This document shows, in pieces, positions 28,218-38,845 of a stretch of 64,000 nucleotides of DNA. The translations under genes were made by a program, and so were the position numbers. The DNA is from Candidatus Bathyarchaeota archaeon (GTDB lineage: Archaea; Thermoproteota; Bathyarchaeia; 40CM-2-53-6). Under the pieces are notes generated by a model. It saw only the letters and a program-made list of their open reading frames with translations, searched no databases and was not told the origin of the DNA. The first letter of the stretch is position 1, and each line of letters opens with the position of its first letter. The stretch spans positions 32,288-96,287 of the forward strand of contig CAWABQ010000010.1 in assembly GCA_963780265.1 (NCBI GenBank). The letters are read 5' to 3'.

Positions 28218-29951
28218 ATGTCAAACGAGCTAACCGAAAAGATGCGGAAGGCGGCGATACTCAACGCGATTAAGCATAATGGCAAAGCCGACCCCGGAGC
28301 TGTTCTGGGGAACTTGCTCGGGGAAAATGCCGACCTAAAGACAAAGGCAAGGGAACTCACACCATTAGTGAGACAAGTCGTTGACGAAGTCAACTCCATG
28401 CCAATGGAAAAACTCACAGCCACTGCATCGGAAAAATGGCCAGAGGAGGTCGCCAAGGAACGGCCTGAAGAGAAAAAGAAGCTACCGCCCCTCCCGAACG
28501 CCGACAAGTACTCCCTCATAGTAACCCGAATCGCACCGAACCCCGACTTCGTTCTTCACATAGGCAATGCCCGGGCAGTGATCCTAAGCCATGACTACGC
28601 GAGGATGTACAAGGGAAAATTCATTGTTCGGTTCGAAGACACTGACCCACGCCTCAAGAAGGCACAACTAAGATACTACGACATCATCCGCGAGGACTTG
28701 AAGTGGCTAGGCTGCAACTGGGATGAAGAGTACATTCAGAGCGACCGAATCCCCCTCTACTATGAGATGGCTCAAACTCTTCTCGCGAAAGGGGCCGCGT
28801 ACGTTTGTGAATGCAAACCAGAACGATTTCGAGAATTGGTCAACAGCAATTCCGCTTGCCCCGACCGCGAACTGAATGTGGAAACCCAATCGAAACGTTG
28901 GAAGAAGATGCTCGACGGAGGGTACAAAGAGGGCGAAGCTGTTGTCCGCGTGAAGACAGACCTATCGCACCCTAACCCAGCCGTAAGGGACTGGCCGGCC
29001 TTCCGAATCATAGACACCACCAAGAACCCGCACCCCCGTGTGGGATCAAAATTCCGTGTTTGGCCCCTCTACAACATGGCATCTGGCGTGGACGACCACA
29101 CACTTGGCATAACGCACGTGATCAGGGGAAAGGAACACCTCACAAACATGGCACGCCAGGTCTACATGTACAAGCACTTGGGCTGGAAATATCCAGACGC
29201 GGTTCATTACGGGCGGCTCAAGGTTGAGGGTATGGAGCTCAGCAAGTCCAAACTCATGAAAGGCCTTGAATCAGGCGAATACAAAGACGTGGATGATCCC
29301 AGGCTGGGAACACTAGCGGCCCTAAGAAGACGGGGCTACAGCCCAGAGACAATAAGGCAACTCATATGGGACGTCGGTCCCAAACCCGTGGACGTGACGA
29401 TAAGCTGGGACAATATCAACGCCCTAAACCGAAAAATAATCGACCCAACTTCCCACCGATACTATTTCGCCCCAGACCCTATTAGGACGAGGGTCAGTGG
29501 CGTGGAAAAAACCTTTGAAGTGCACGCCGCGCTTCATCCGCAACACCCAGAAATAGGAACCCGAACCCTGAAACTTCAGCCACAGAACGGCGTAGCTTCA
29601 ATCTTCCTCGCAGGGAGCGACAAACCAATCCTCGACTCAGGCAAAGTGGTGCGCTTGATGGGATTGTTCAACCTCAAACCCCTCGCCTTCTCTGATGGTG
29701 AATTGAAAGCCCAGTTTCTTGGCGAAGCCATCAGCAGCGCCGAAAAGGCTCCAATCTTACAGTGGGTTCCAGGGGAGCAAAACCTTCCAGTGGACGTCGT
29801 TATGCCCGATGCAACCATAAAGAACGGGTTCGCTGAGAACGGCTTAAGCTCTGAGCCTGTTGGCTCCGTAATTCAATTTGTGAGGTTTGGTTTCGGTAGA
29901 GTAGACAAAATCACGCCTAACCGGATTACGGTGTACTTTGCGCATCAGTAG
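28218..29951 (+). CDS. gltX: Glutamate-tRNA ligase
   Basis: RIAPNP..LHIGN, RFEDTDP, THVIRGKEH, LSKS, QFVRFGF. Confidence 0.95.
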   Translation: MSNELTEKMRKAAILNAIKHNGKADPGAVLGNLLGENADLKTKARELTPLVRQVVDEVNSMPMEKLTATASEKWPEEVAKERPEEKKKLPPLPNADKYSLIVTRIAPNPDFVLHIGNARAVILSHDYARMYKGKFIVRFEDTDPRLKKAQLRYYDIIREDLKWLGCNWDEEYIQSDRIPLYYEMAQTLLAKGAAYVCECKPERFRELVNSNSACPDRELNVETQSKRWKKMLDGGYKEGEAVVRVKTDLSHPNPAVRDWPAFRIIDTTKNPHPRVGSKFRVWPLYNMASGVDDHTLGITHVIRGKEHLTNMARQVYMYKHLGWKYPDAVHYGRLKVEGMELSKSKLMKGLESGEYKDVDDPRLGTLAALRRRGYSPETIRQLIWDVGPKPVDVTISWDNINALNRKIIDPTSHRYYFAPDPIRTRVSGVEKTFEVHAALHPQHPEIGTRTLKLQPQNGVASIFLAGSDKPILDSGKVVRLMGLFNLKPLAFSDGELKAQFLGEAISSAEKAPILQWVPGEQNLPVDVVMPDATIKNGFAENGLSSEPVGSVIQFVRFGFGRVDKITPNRITVYFAHQ

Positions 29952-30221
29952 CACGTCTCGCTTTGCCTTCAAGCAAGATGAGGTCAATCCTTTTTCTTCG
30001 GCCAACCTCACTTTACTTCCATCCCAAGATGGGTCAACGACTAATACGCAACCAGAATAGATTCGGATGGTCGGCATCGTTTTGATGCGATACCCATGTG
30101 AGTTCAACGCTTTCAATTTAATAAACCCGGACAAGGAGGGCGGGCCGCTGGATGAGTTGAACCCGATCGGGAATAGAAACCCTTATCCAAGCAGCTTGAT
30201 GATTCTACGAACCGAAAGGTT

Positions 30222-30715
30222 TTGTCGGCTCAAGCGAAACAAGACATTAAGATTAAACCTAGTTTTGTGCCGTTCGCTTGGAAAGGTTTTGTCATAATAT
30301 TATTGGGTATCGTGGTTTACGGTGTGAGCTTTCTCTTCAAGTCACTCTCTCTCCTCATGTATGTGGCGTTGGGACTGGTTGGCTTAGGGGTTTTGGGTAT
30401 GTTGATTGGTGTTGTTCGTAGGAACGCGTTCACGTATCTGATTACTGACTCTGATGTTGTTGTGAAGAAGCAGTTGTTGCGTCGTAGTGTTCGACACATT
30501 CCGTTCTCGTCTATTAGTGATGTGCAGGTCTCGCAGAGTATTGTGGGTCGATTGGCAAAGTATGGGGATGTTGTTCCTGTGACAAAGAGTGGCTACGGCT
30601 TAGTTCGCGGACGGAGCCTGGTGAAAACATAGTCGCAGAAATGGCCGATGTCCCGAACCCGGACAAGGTAGCTGATTTGATCCTGTCCAGATTGCGCGCC
30701 AGCACGGTTACTTAG
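30222..30715 (+). CDS. Membrane protein with a bacterial PH domain (indel near 30610)
   Basis: Two TM helices, YLITD, IPFSSISDVQVSQSIVGRLAKYGDV, DVPNP. Confidence 0.75.
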
Positions 30716-30851
30716 CACCCGCGACCTTTCCCCTGCCGATAATCCGGGCCTTAGCACGCTGACTTACTGGGCCATTGATATTGCGTCCACAATAATTCTT
30801 TTCGTTTCCCGGGTCCGGGTTTGCGGTCTTCCGTGTTTCAGGATAGGGTGG

Positions 30852-32510
30852 TTACATCATGCCTGGTGGCATTCCGCCAGGCATTCCTCCCGGCATCCCG
30901 CCGGGGCCTCCTGGAGGACCGCCTTCCTTCGTGCCTTTTGAGGAGAGGATGTCATCTATCCGCAGGAGCATGCAGGCGGCTTCTGTGGCGGATTTGACGG
31001 CTTGCTGTTTCACCCTGAGCGGTTCGACTATGTTATCCGTGAGCATGTCAGCGATCTTGCCGGTTTTGACTTGGACGCCAAACCATTTGTTTTCTGGGTT
31101 TGCGTGTTTTGATCTTAGTTCGACCATTATGTCGATTGGGTCGAGTCCGCTGTTTTCAGCTATTGTGAGGGGGATGGCTTCCAGTGCTTCGGCGTAGGCT
31201 TCGATGGCGAGTTGTTCGCGGCCTCCCACTTTTAGAGCGTAGTCGCGAAGTTGCTTGGCTGTTTCAGCTTCGGGGGCTCCTCCGCCAGCAACAATCTTGC
31301 CATCCTCGACGGCGTTTCTGACTACGCAGAGGGCGTCGTGGAATGATCGTTCAGCTTCGTCGACAACATGGTCGGAGCCGCCCCTGATCATCACGGTGAC
31401 CGAGTGAGGGTCTTTGCAGTCGCGAACGTAAACGAGTTTGTCGTCTCCAATCTTCACTTCTTCGACGAGTTTTGCTTCACCGAGTCCTTCTGATGGTATG
31501 TCTTTGGTGCTGGCTTGTATGGTTCCGCCGGTGGCTTTGGCGAGTTTCTCCATGTCGCCGCTGCTCACGTTCTTGACGGCCATTATGTTCTTCTTGGCGA
31601 GGAAGTGCAAGGCCATGTCGTCGATGCCTTTCTCGCAGAAGATTACATTGGCCCCGCTCTTCGCTACCTTCTCGGTCATTTCGCGGAGCATTGATTCTTC
31701 TTCGTCGAGGAAGCCTTTCATTTGGTCTGGTGAATTGATGTTAATTTTGGCGTCGAACTCGGTCTTCTCAATCTCGAGTTTCGCGTTGAGTAGGGCGATC
31801 TTCGCGTTTCTTACTTGTTTTGGCATTTGGGGGTGTGCGATCTCTTTGTCGACAACGATGCCTTTGACGAGTTCGCTTTGCTCCATGCTCTCGCCCTTTT
31901 TCTTCAAAACCTTGATTCGGTCTATGTCGGCGGTAATCTTGCCATCTCTCTCTTCCATGACCTGACGGATGGCTTTCGTGGCTAGTGTTCCGAGGTGTTC
32001 GCTCGTTCCTACGGTTGCCTTTGTGCTCATCGAGGTCATTGCAATGAGTTTAAGCATCTTTTCGTCGTCAGGTTGTATGTCGATTGATAGGTTTTGGAGA
32101 ATCTCCAAGGCTTTGTCGGAGGCCTTCTTGTAGCCTTCAACGATTACGGTTGGGTGGACTTCCTGGTCGAGAAGCTTCTCTGCCCTCGTCAAGAGTTCGC
32201 CGGCGAGAACAACGACGGTGGTCGTACCATCCCCCACTTCACTGTCTTGGCTCTTCGCTACCTCAACAAGCATCTTGGCGGCGGGATGTTGAACATCCAG
32301 TTCCTTCATTATGGTGGCTCCGTCGTTTGTTATGACTACGTCACCCATACCCGAGACCAGCATTTTGTCCATCCCTTGCGGGCCGAGCGTGGTCTTGATG
32401 GTTTCAGTGATAACTTTCGCGGCGAGTATGTTGTTCCGTTGCGCATCCTTTCCCGTAGTACGCTGAGAACCTTCTCTCAGAATCATAACTTGCATTCCTT
32501 GTGTGGACAT
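30852..32510 (-). CDS. Thermosome (group II chaperonin) subunit
   Basis: [20 protein letters not shown]-repeat tail. Confidence 0.97.
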   Translation of the reverse strand: MSTQGMQVMILREGSQRTTGKDAQRNNILAAKVITETIKTTLGPQGMDKMLVSGMGDVVITNDGATIMKELDVQHPAAKMLVEVAKSQDSEVGDGTTTVVVLAGELLTRAEKLLDQEVHPTVIVEGYKKASDKALEILQNLSIDIQPDDEKMLKLIAMTSMSTKATVGTSEHLGTLATKAIRQVMEERDGKITADIDRIKVLKKKGESMEQSELVKGIVVDKEIAHPQMPKQVRNAKIALLNAKLEIEKTEFDAKININSPDQMKGFLDEEESMLREMTEKVAKSGANVIFCEKGIDDMALHFLAKKNIMAVKNVSSGDMEKLAKATGGTIQASTKDIPSEGLGEAKLVEEVKIGDDKLVYVRDCKDPHSVTVMIRGGSDHVVDEAERSFHDALCVVRNAVEDGKIVAGGGAPEAETAKQLRDYALKVGGREQLAIEAYAEALEAIPLTIAENSGLDPIDIMVELRSKHANPENKWFGVQVKTGKIADMLTDNIVEPLRVKQQAVKSATEAACMLLRIDDILSSKGTKEGGPPGGPGGMPGGMPGGMPPGMM

Positions 32511-33306
32511 ATTGGATCATCAAATTGTAACTTCGATTCGTGAGGTAACGACCTTGACCTAGAATCAGAGGCCTGGTCTTAGAGAGCCTCGAGATTGTGT
32601 GGCCTGCGCCACATGGTTTTCGGCTGTTACCTCTGGTAACTTATATGTCGTCCGTGCTATATTAACTACACAATAAGCTCTCTCTTCCGAGCCCCAATCC
32701 GACAACCACACCCTTTCCTGTTTCTGAGAATACGTACGATTTCAAATCTGAAAAGACAACTTCACCGCTTGAGCAAGTCAAAATCGATGCTCCACGCACC
32801 GCTCACACAAGGATTGAGCGTTACGTCAGAATAAACTGCAAGACCATGACCCGCAACGGTCACAGTAGCCCTCGACCACCATAGGAGCCCTCCTTCTACC
32901 GGGATTAGTCCTTCCGATTTGTCGTGTGGCAGCGCTCGAAGCAACCCTCAGTTCTAGTCGTGAGTCCTCGTCGTTTTCCTTCTCTTTCTTCTTCTCGACT
33001 TATCCTCTTGATCTTGAGGCAATCATGTCACGCAACTAGGAATTTGGAATTCTTTTTCGTAATTCCTTTTTGTCATAAGATTTACTGACCCTCGTTCTGT
33101 TCTCTTCTTGTTTCCGTTCCTTTCTCCTCTCTTCCTTTCTGCGGCTGGTTATTCTCATTCTTCTGACTCTACGTCTCTCCTTTCCTTTCACAGCCGATCC
33201 CCCAATAACTACTGCTGAGAGCCCCTCTTGTCAAATCGAGGTCTTACTGAATTGAAGTAGGCGCACGAATAGAACTTTTCCTATTTATTTCCAGGAGTAT
33301 AAGTGG

Positions 33307-33456
33307 TCAGGGGTTCGGGGCACGTCGCGGGTGTATGAAGGATTCACGACATTGGTCTGAGCAGAATGCGTACCCCTCGTGTAGAACAGGTTTGTCGATT
33401 TTCTTACCGCAGTTTGAACAATACGTCACGTGAGTCTCGTTCGCCTCTGCGGTCAA
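33307..33456 (-). CDS. 49-aa TRASH/YHS-like metal-binding microprotein
   Basis: MTAEANETHVTYCSNCGKKIDKPVLHEGYAFCSDQCRESFIHPRRAPNP (CxxC...FCSxxC). Confidence 0.6.
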   Translation of the reverse strand: MTAEANETHVTYCSNCGKKIDKPVLHEGYAFCSDQCRESFIHPRRAPNP

Positions 33457-33803
33457 CTCTCTCTACACCGTTTTCGATTTCTGGCTCCCTTACCTCTATG
33501 TCAGGCGTCGTCTACAAACGTTTGGGATTAGGGTGGCCATTGTTTCCGTCTTCGACTCTCGATAATGCCTTAAGGCTGATCTTTGAGTTTAATTGTCGAT
33601 GGCGAGAATTATCCCCGAGGGCATGACGGAAGCAGAATCCTGGCTTTGCAATTCGAGGCCAAAGGATAGCAGGAAAGGTTCTTCTGTTCGCATGTTACTG
33701 AATCTGATGGAAGAGTCCTGATTTGACGAGACCTGAATGGCAGAAGAAACTAAAGAAAATGGCCAGTAGAGCGGGTCAAGGGACTGGCGGGGCGCTGTAG
33801 ACT

Positions 33804-33950
33804 TTGGCGCAAGTTGGGAAGGGCCTTAAAGACCGATTATGCCCCAGTTGCCATCAATCAACCTACGCCCTGTGTGGAACCTGCGGGAAGTGCAACAAGT
33901 GCTGCAATTGTAGCTCAAACACTAACCGCTCGGACACCGAGCCAGGTTAA
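33804..33950 (+). CDS. 48-aa cysteine-rich microprotein
   Basis: MAQVGKGLKDRLCPSCHQSTYALCGTCGKCNKCCNCSSNTNRSDTEPG (8 Cys). Confidence 0.5.
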   Translation: MAQVGKGLKDRLCPSCHQSTYALCGTCGKCNKCCNCSSNTNRSDTEPG

Positions 33951-34024
33951 TTCACAATCTACCGGCGTTCGCATCAGGACGAATCCACTCTCCGCACTGG
34001 ACGCTCCCAGCATCTTCCGGCGAG

Positions 34025-34336
34025 ATGTTGAGTATGCTAAGAGCATTTGAAGCGCACCCACAAGACATGCGGCTGATCCTAGTCCAGAACATAAGCCCGA
34101 AATACCTATCCCGCAAGTATGCTGACCAAAAGTTGAAAGTTCAAGATGGCATTGTGAGCAGGCTGATTGAGCAAGGGGAAAGGTTGAAGGGCTATGAGAA
34201 CTGCCCGAAATGCGGCTATTACAGTCTGGAACTCAAGGTTCTACTTGACGAAATTGACAAACTGTCCAGACTGCAAAACAATGACTCCACAGAGCGCATA
34301 CAGCGTATGAGAGAGTCCGACAAAGCACGCGCTTGA
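34025..34336 (+). CDS. Hypothetical protein with a CxxC motif
   Basis: 103-aa ORF containing CPKCG. Confidence 0.45.
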   Translation: MLSMLRAFEAHPQDMRLILVQNISPKYLSRKYADQKLKVQDGIVSRLIEQGERLKGYENCPKCGYYSLELKVLLDEIDKLSRLQNNDSTERIQRMRESDKARA

Positions 34337-34417
34337 TGAGGGTCATTAGCTATTTACGGAAAGCGGATATGGAAAAAGAGGTAGACTGGGAGCGGATCCT
34401 CCCAGGTTACTAGAGAT

Positions 34418-34942
34418 TTACGCCTTAATGTAAGGCTGGTATGCGAATAGAGTCTCGCTTCTCCAGATGCCCTCAGTTTGGGCGATCTGCTCGACGCTCG
34501 TCTTCATGAGATCCTCATAGTTCGCAGTCTTGTAACTCATGATGATGTCGAACTGACCTGGAACACTCCATGCGTCGTGTAGGGCCGGCATCTTCTTCAA
34601 CTTCTGTAATACTTCTGGTAGTGGTCTGTTGATTGATAGAAGGCTGAATCCCCACACTCCTTTGGCTTCAAGTTTCTGGCCGTTGATGAATCCATCGTTT
34701 GCCGTGAAAGTATTGGTGGCGTTTACGCCGTGAATAGTGCGTATCTTGTTGACTAGGTTGTAGATTTGTTCTGGATTGTTGGTCTTTAGTCGCATGACTA
34801 TATCGTATCGACCGGTAACTTGTGAGGTGAACTCTATTTCGCTGAACTTCCGTAATTCCTCAACCACATGGTTCACTTTGTCACGTTGGACCTTGGCGAA
34901 CACGTAAGTCGGGAAAATTTTGTTTGCTTGCATTATATTCAC
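34418..34942 (-). CDS. Tandem Lrp/AsnC ligand-binding (RAM) domain protein without an HTH
   Basis: Two repeats: VTGRYDI...IHGV..TNT and VPGQFDI...EGI..SET. Confidence 0.85.
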   Translation of the reverse strand: MNIMQANKIFPTYVFAKVQRDKVNHVVEELRKFSEIEFTSQVTGRYDIVMRLKTNNPEQIYNLVNKIRTIHGVNATNTFTANDGFINGQKLEAKGVWGFSLLSINRPLPEVLQKLKKMPALHDAWSVPGQFDIIMSYKTANYEDLMKTSVEQIAQTEGIWRSETLFAYQPYIKA

Positions 34943-35049
34943 CTACTAACTCCAAGTATTATTAGTGCTAGTTATACATGTATCATGCTTATAACACTTG
35001 TTACCCAAAGATATATTTGTAACATTGACCATTTTACGCTCGAACCGCT

Positions 35050-35724
35050 ATGACTTCAAGACCCACAATATCCGAAGTCGTAATCGACATCATAAGTCGA
35101 AATCATCCGGTTTACGAACACCTCCGGATGGGGCTGATCAATTACCACGCACTAGCTGAGAAAATTAAGCCGATGGTGGATCGGGTTACTGGTAGGGATG
35201 TGAATGTTAACACTATGGTTGTGGTTATCAAGAGATTTTCCGATTCACAGTCGAAGCTTGGGCTACCACCCACAATGTCCGTACTTAGAAATTCGAAGAT
35301 GACGTTGAGTAGCGGAGTGGTCGACGTAACAATTACACCTAAGAGAGAAGCCTTCATCAACGAATTGAAGAGGCTAGTTGAACTATCCACTGAGCTGAAC
35401 GAACGCCCTCACATCTTCCCGCTTGTAAGCTCTATCAAGATCATAGCCGACGCAAACGATTATGGAAAACTGAAAACGGCACTGAAGAGTCGATACCCCC
35501 TAAAACCCCGACTGAACGCGGCGAAGATTACAATACATCTATCCGAGGAAGCTGAGAGGTCACCTGGAATCGCAGCGTACATAACTGACCTACTTTACCG
35601 CAACGGAATAAACATCGTAGACGCATTCCTAGGATACGAAGATATCATTCTGGTACTCAATGAATCCGACGGACCACGAGCATACACAATACTGGAAGAA
35701 GCAACCAGAGAGGGTCGCAAATAA
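35050..35724 (+). CDS. ACT-domain regulator with an N-terminal helical/HTH-like region
   Basis: GLINYHALAEKI N-terminus; PGIAAYITDLLYRNGINIVD ACT motif. Confidence 0.8.
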   Translation: MTSRPTISEVVIDIISRNHPVYEHLRMGLINYHALAEKIKPMVDRVTGRDVNVNTMVVVIKRFSDSQSKLGLPPTMSVLRNSKMTLSSGVVDVTITPKREAFINELKRLVELSTELNERPHIFPLVSSIKIIADANDYGKLKTALKSRYPLKPRLNAAKITIHLSEEAERSPGIAAYITDLLYRNGINIVDAFLGYEDIILVLNESDGPRAYTILEEATREGRK

Positions 35725-35748
35725 GCTGGGTAATTTAGGAGAATCGTC

Positions 35749-37518
35749 ATGACCCACAAGCCCCAGGACAATGGAATTGAGCGGCCTTTACTGGAATGGG
35801 TAAATGCTGTTGCTAAGACAACTAAACCGGATGGCATCGTCTGGTGTGACGGGTCTGATGAAGAATTTCACTCTCTTATCAAACTGATGACCGCAGATGG
35901 GACACTGATTGAACTCAACCAAAATAAATATCCAAACTGCTATCTCCACAGAAGCAACCCGAACGACGTCGCCAGAACCGAAGAAGCGACCTTCATCTGC
36001 ACAAAGAACATAGAGGATGTGGGTCCCACAAATAATTGGATGCCTTCTGATGAAGGCAAGGCAAAGTTACTGAGGCTTTTTGACGGCTGCATGAAAGGGC
36101 GAACAATGTATGTTATCTCATACCTGCTAGGACCTGCAGGTTCGCCTTATTCTCAGGTTGGAGTTGAGCTCACTGATAGCCCCTACGTCGTTGCAAATAT
36201 GGAAATTATGACGAAAGTCGGCAAGGTTGCGTTGGAGCATATGAAGGACGGCGAATTTGTGAAGGGCATACATTCGACCGGCCAGTTGGATCCCGATAGA
36301 AGGTACATCTGCCATTTTCCTGAGGAGAATCTCATAATGAGTTTGAACTCGAATTACGGTGGAAACGCCCTCCTGAGCAAGAAATGCCACTCCCTGAGGC
36401 TGGCGAGCGTGATGGCGAGAGATGAAGGATGGCTGGCCGAACACATGCTAATCATAGGAATAGAAGACCCGGACGGCACAGTAACTTACGTGACCGGGGC
36501 GTTTCCAAGCGCCAGCGGTAAAACTAACGTCGCCATGCTCAAGCCGCCAGAATACATGAAGGACTGGAAGGTCTGGGCGGTCAGCGACGACATAGCTTGG
36601 ATACACCTAGATTCCGAAGGCAGGTTGAGAGCAATCAACCCCGAGAGTGGATTCTTCGGGGTGGCGCCTAACACCAACGACAGAACGAACCCGAAAATAA
36701 TGGAAACGATAAGGAAGAACACAATATTCACGAATGTCGCCTTGGCGATGGACGGAACTCCATGGTGGGAAGGCATGGGCGACCACCCCAGAAAACTTTG
36801 GGATTGGCAAGGGAAAGTATGGTCAGCCGGCAAGAGGAGCGCCGCTCATCCAAACTCAAGGTTCACAACTTCAATCAATCAATACCGATTCCTATCTCCG
36901 GAGTACACAAATCCGAATGGCGTTCCAATCACCGCCATAATTTTCGGAGGAAGAAGATCCGATCTTGTTCCGTTAGTTTACGAATCATTCAGCTGGGAAC
37001 ACGGCGTCCTAATGGGCGCCATGCTTAGAGTTGAAACCACGGCCGCCGCTGCAGGGGAGGTTGGAGTTCTAAGATACGACCCCATGGCGATGAAACCATT
37101 CTGCGGATACCACATCGCCGACTACTTCAAACATTGGCTTTCGTTTCGATCAAAAAGCGAAAACCTCCCGAAAATATTCCAGATAAATGCATTCAGAATG
37201 GGACGAGATGGAAGATTCCTCTGGCCCGGGTATGGTCACAACCTCGTCGCTCTCAAGTGGATAGTCGACCGGTGTAGAGGTAGAGCTGATGCGGTTGAAA
37301 CGCCAATAGGCTACGTTCCGACCCCTGAATCGCTCAACCTAAACGAGATGAATCTTCCAGGAAGCACAATCGAAGAGTTGCTACAGGTCAATAAGACAGC
37401 GTGGATGGACGAGCTAGAATCCTCTTCGATGTTCTTCAAAACTCTCGGAGAACAATTTCCTGACATATTGTGGCAGGAGCTTTCGAAATTAACAGATAGA
37501 CTACAAAATCCGGCCTAG
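35749..37518 (+). CDS. pckG: GTP-dependent phosphoenolpyruvate carboxykinase
   Basis: DVARTE, YGGNALLSKKC, GWLAEHM, FPSASGKTN, DDIAW, HPNSRF, DPMAMKPFCGY. Confidence 0.95.
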   Translation: MTHKPQDNGIERPLLEWVNAVAKTTKPDGIVWCDGSDEEFHSLIKLMTADGTLIELNQNKYPNCYLHRSNPNDVARTEEATFICTKNIEDVGPTNNWMPSDEGKAKLLRLFDGCMKGRTMYVISYLLGPAGSPYSQVGVELTDSPYVVANMEIMTKVGKVALEHMKDGEFVKGIHSTGQLDPDRRYICHFPEENLIMSLNSNYGGNALLSKKCHSLRLASVMARDEGWLAEHMLIIGIEDPDGTVTYVTGAFPSASGKTNVAMLKPPEYMKDWKVWAVSDDIAWIHLDSEGRLRAINPESGFFGVAPNTNDRTNPKIMETIRKNTIFTNVALAMDGTPWWEGMGDHPRKLWDWQGKVWSAGKRSAAHPNSRFTTSINQYRFLSPEYTNPNGVPITAIIFGGRRSDLVPLVYESFSWEHGVLMGAMLRVETTAAAAGEVGVLRYDPMAMKPFCGYHIADYFKHWLSFRSKSENLPKIFQINAFRMGRDGRFLWPGYGHNLVALKWIVDRCRGRADAVETPIGYVPTPESLNLNEMNLPGSTIEELLQVNKTAWMDELESSSMFFKTLGEQFPDILWQELSKLTDRLQNPA

Positions 37519-37633
37519 CAAATCATCACTAAACCGTGTCCCTAGGGCTTATATGGTCTACGTACTGAATTTGCAGGATTCCATTGTCAAGTAACGAAAG
37601 AGTACAGAGCGGGAACGGTTCTTCGGTTTTATC

Positions 37634-38050
37634 GTGGGTCTGGTGGTGATTCTTGTTCTTGTCTTCGCTGTGTTACCCGTTCCCGTGAATAGTTATGTTA
37701 TGCTGGGCATCGTCGTGGTTTGGGTTGCGGCCATTGTCTGGTTGTATCGAGTCAAAGGTAGAGCGCGGAATGTACGCTCGCATTCGTTGATTGATACCGT
37801 ATCCCTCATTTTTGCGGTCGTTACAGAAATTTCGAGTGCCTATATCCTATACCTTGCAGGTTATCTAAAGGGAAGCTACGATATTCTAGCTCCCCTAATC
37901 AAAATTATGAACATCCCATTTTCTACTGACTTACATGTGGTCTATATTGGAATAGCTATTTCTTCACTCGGAATAACAACAGGTACCATTACTATAGCGT
38001 TCGTTATGTTTCATCGCAGACTGATGCGCGGTAAGAAAGCCCACTCTTAA
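37634..38050 (+). CDS. Hypothetical membrane protein
   Basis: Three to four hydrophobic segments. Confidence 0.6.
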   Translation: MGLVVILVLVFAVLPVPVNSYVMLGIVVVWVAAIVWLYRVKGRARNVRSHSLIDTVSLIFAVVTEISSAYILYLAGYLKGSYDILAPLIKIMNIPFSTDLHVVYIGIAISSLGITTGTITIAFVMFHRRLMRGKKAHS

Positions 38051-38130
38051 CTGGCCTTCAAATCTGCCACAAATACGTGCGCCCCATATGGGACTAAACG
38101 GTTGATAGGGCACTGTCAGGAGATTGACCA

Positions 38131-38508
38131 TTGACCATAACTGAAAAGAGGGGTGCAGGTGACGTAGAGGTACCGTTACCCCAATCGGAAGGTTTCTTAA
38201 GCTACAATGCTCACCTAAAATCCAGACTTAAGTTGCCGATCTCTAGGAACGAATTTGAGAAACTAAAAGCAATTGGGCCAACTTTAGAAGTAGAAGTCCT
38301 CGCATTCCTCAGCAAGAATCATCAATCGGCCTACACTTCTAATGAGATTGTTCACAATCTTATTCCGTTGACCGTAGTTGATCCAATGAATGACCCTAAT
38401 GTAGAGCGAGTAAACGTAGCATTAGAGAACTTGCTAACAAGAAAGGCGGTTTTGGGCAAAGAACGAGAGACATCTACTGGTTCGCAATATTATTTCACGG
38501 TCGCATAA
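38131..38508 (+). CDS. Winged-helix-like hypothetical protein
   Basis: VLAFLSKN..AYTSNEI...VALENL...V....YY pattern. Confidence 0.55.
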   Translation: MTITEKRGAGDVEVPLPQSEGFLSYNAHLKSRLKLPISRNEFEKLKAIGPTLEVEVLAFLSKNHQSAYTSNEIVHNLIPLTVVDPMNDPNVERVNVALENLLTRKAVLGKERETSTGSQYYFTVA

Positions 38509-38709
38509 AAGCAACAAGATAGAGACACCAAACGGTTTGCCGCGCCCTCTCATATCAAGCGACAATGGCGCGTTACCTAAAACTGGTCGGTAGGTGACGG
38601 TCTTTTCCGAGAGGGGTGACGAGAAAGTATCGCTACCCTGTATCCCGCTCATCAACCGAAAAGTAACAGCCAAAGACCCTAACCAGACCGAAAACGGTCA
38701 AACTTGGCA

Positions 38710-38844
38710 ATGAACAAGATAATGGTAGCCATGTCAGACGACATGGTAAAAGCACTAGAACAAGAACGGAAAGCCCGAAAACTCGAATCCATACCAGAAG
38801 CCGTAAGAGCTGTACTAGGAGAATACTTCAAAACGAAGGCTTGA
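38710..38844 (+). CDS. 44-aa ribbon-helix-helix (CopG-like) protein
   Basis: MNKIMVAMSDDMVKALEQERKARKLESIPEAVRAVLGEYFKTKA. Confidence 0.7.
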   Translation: MNKIMVAMSDDMVKALEQERKARKLESIPEAVRAVLGEYFKTKA

Positions 38845-38845
38845 G

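Noticed and set aside
32960..33200. Pyrimidine-rich tract with short minus-strand ORFs
   Set aside because: No consistent reading frame, repeat unit or motif.
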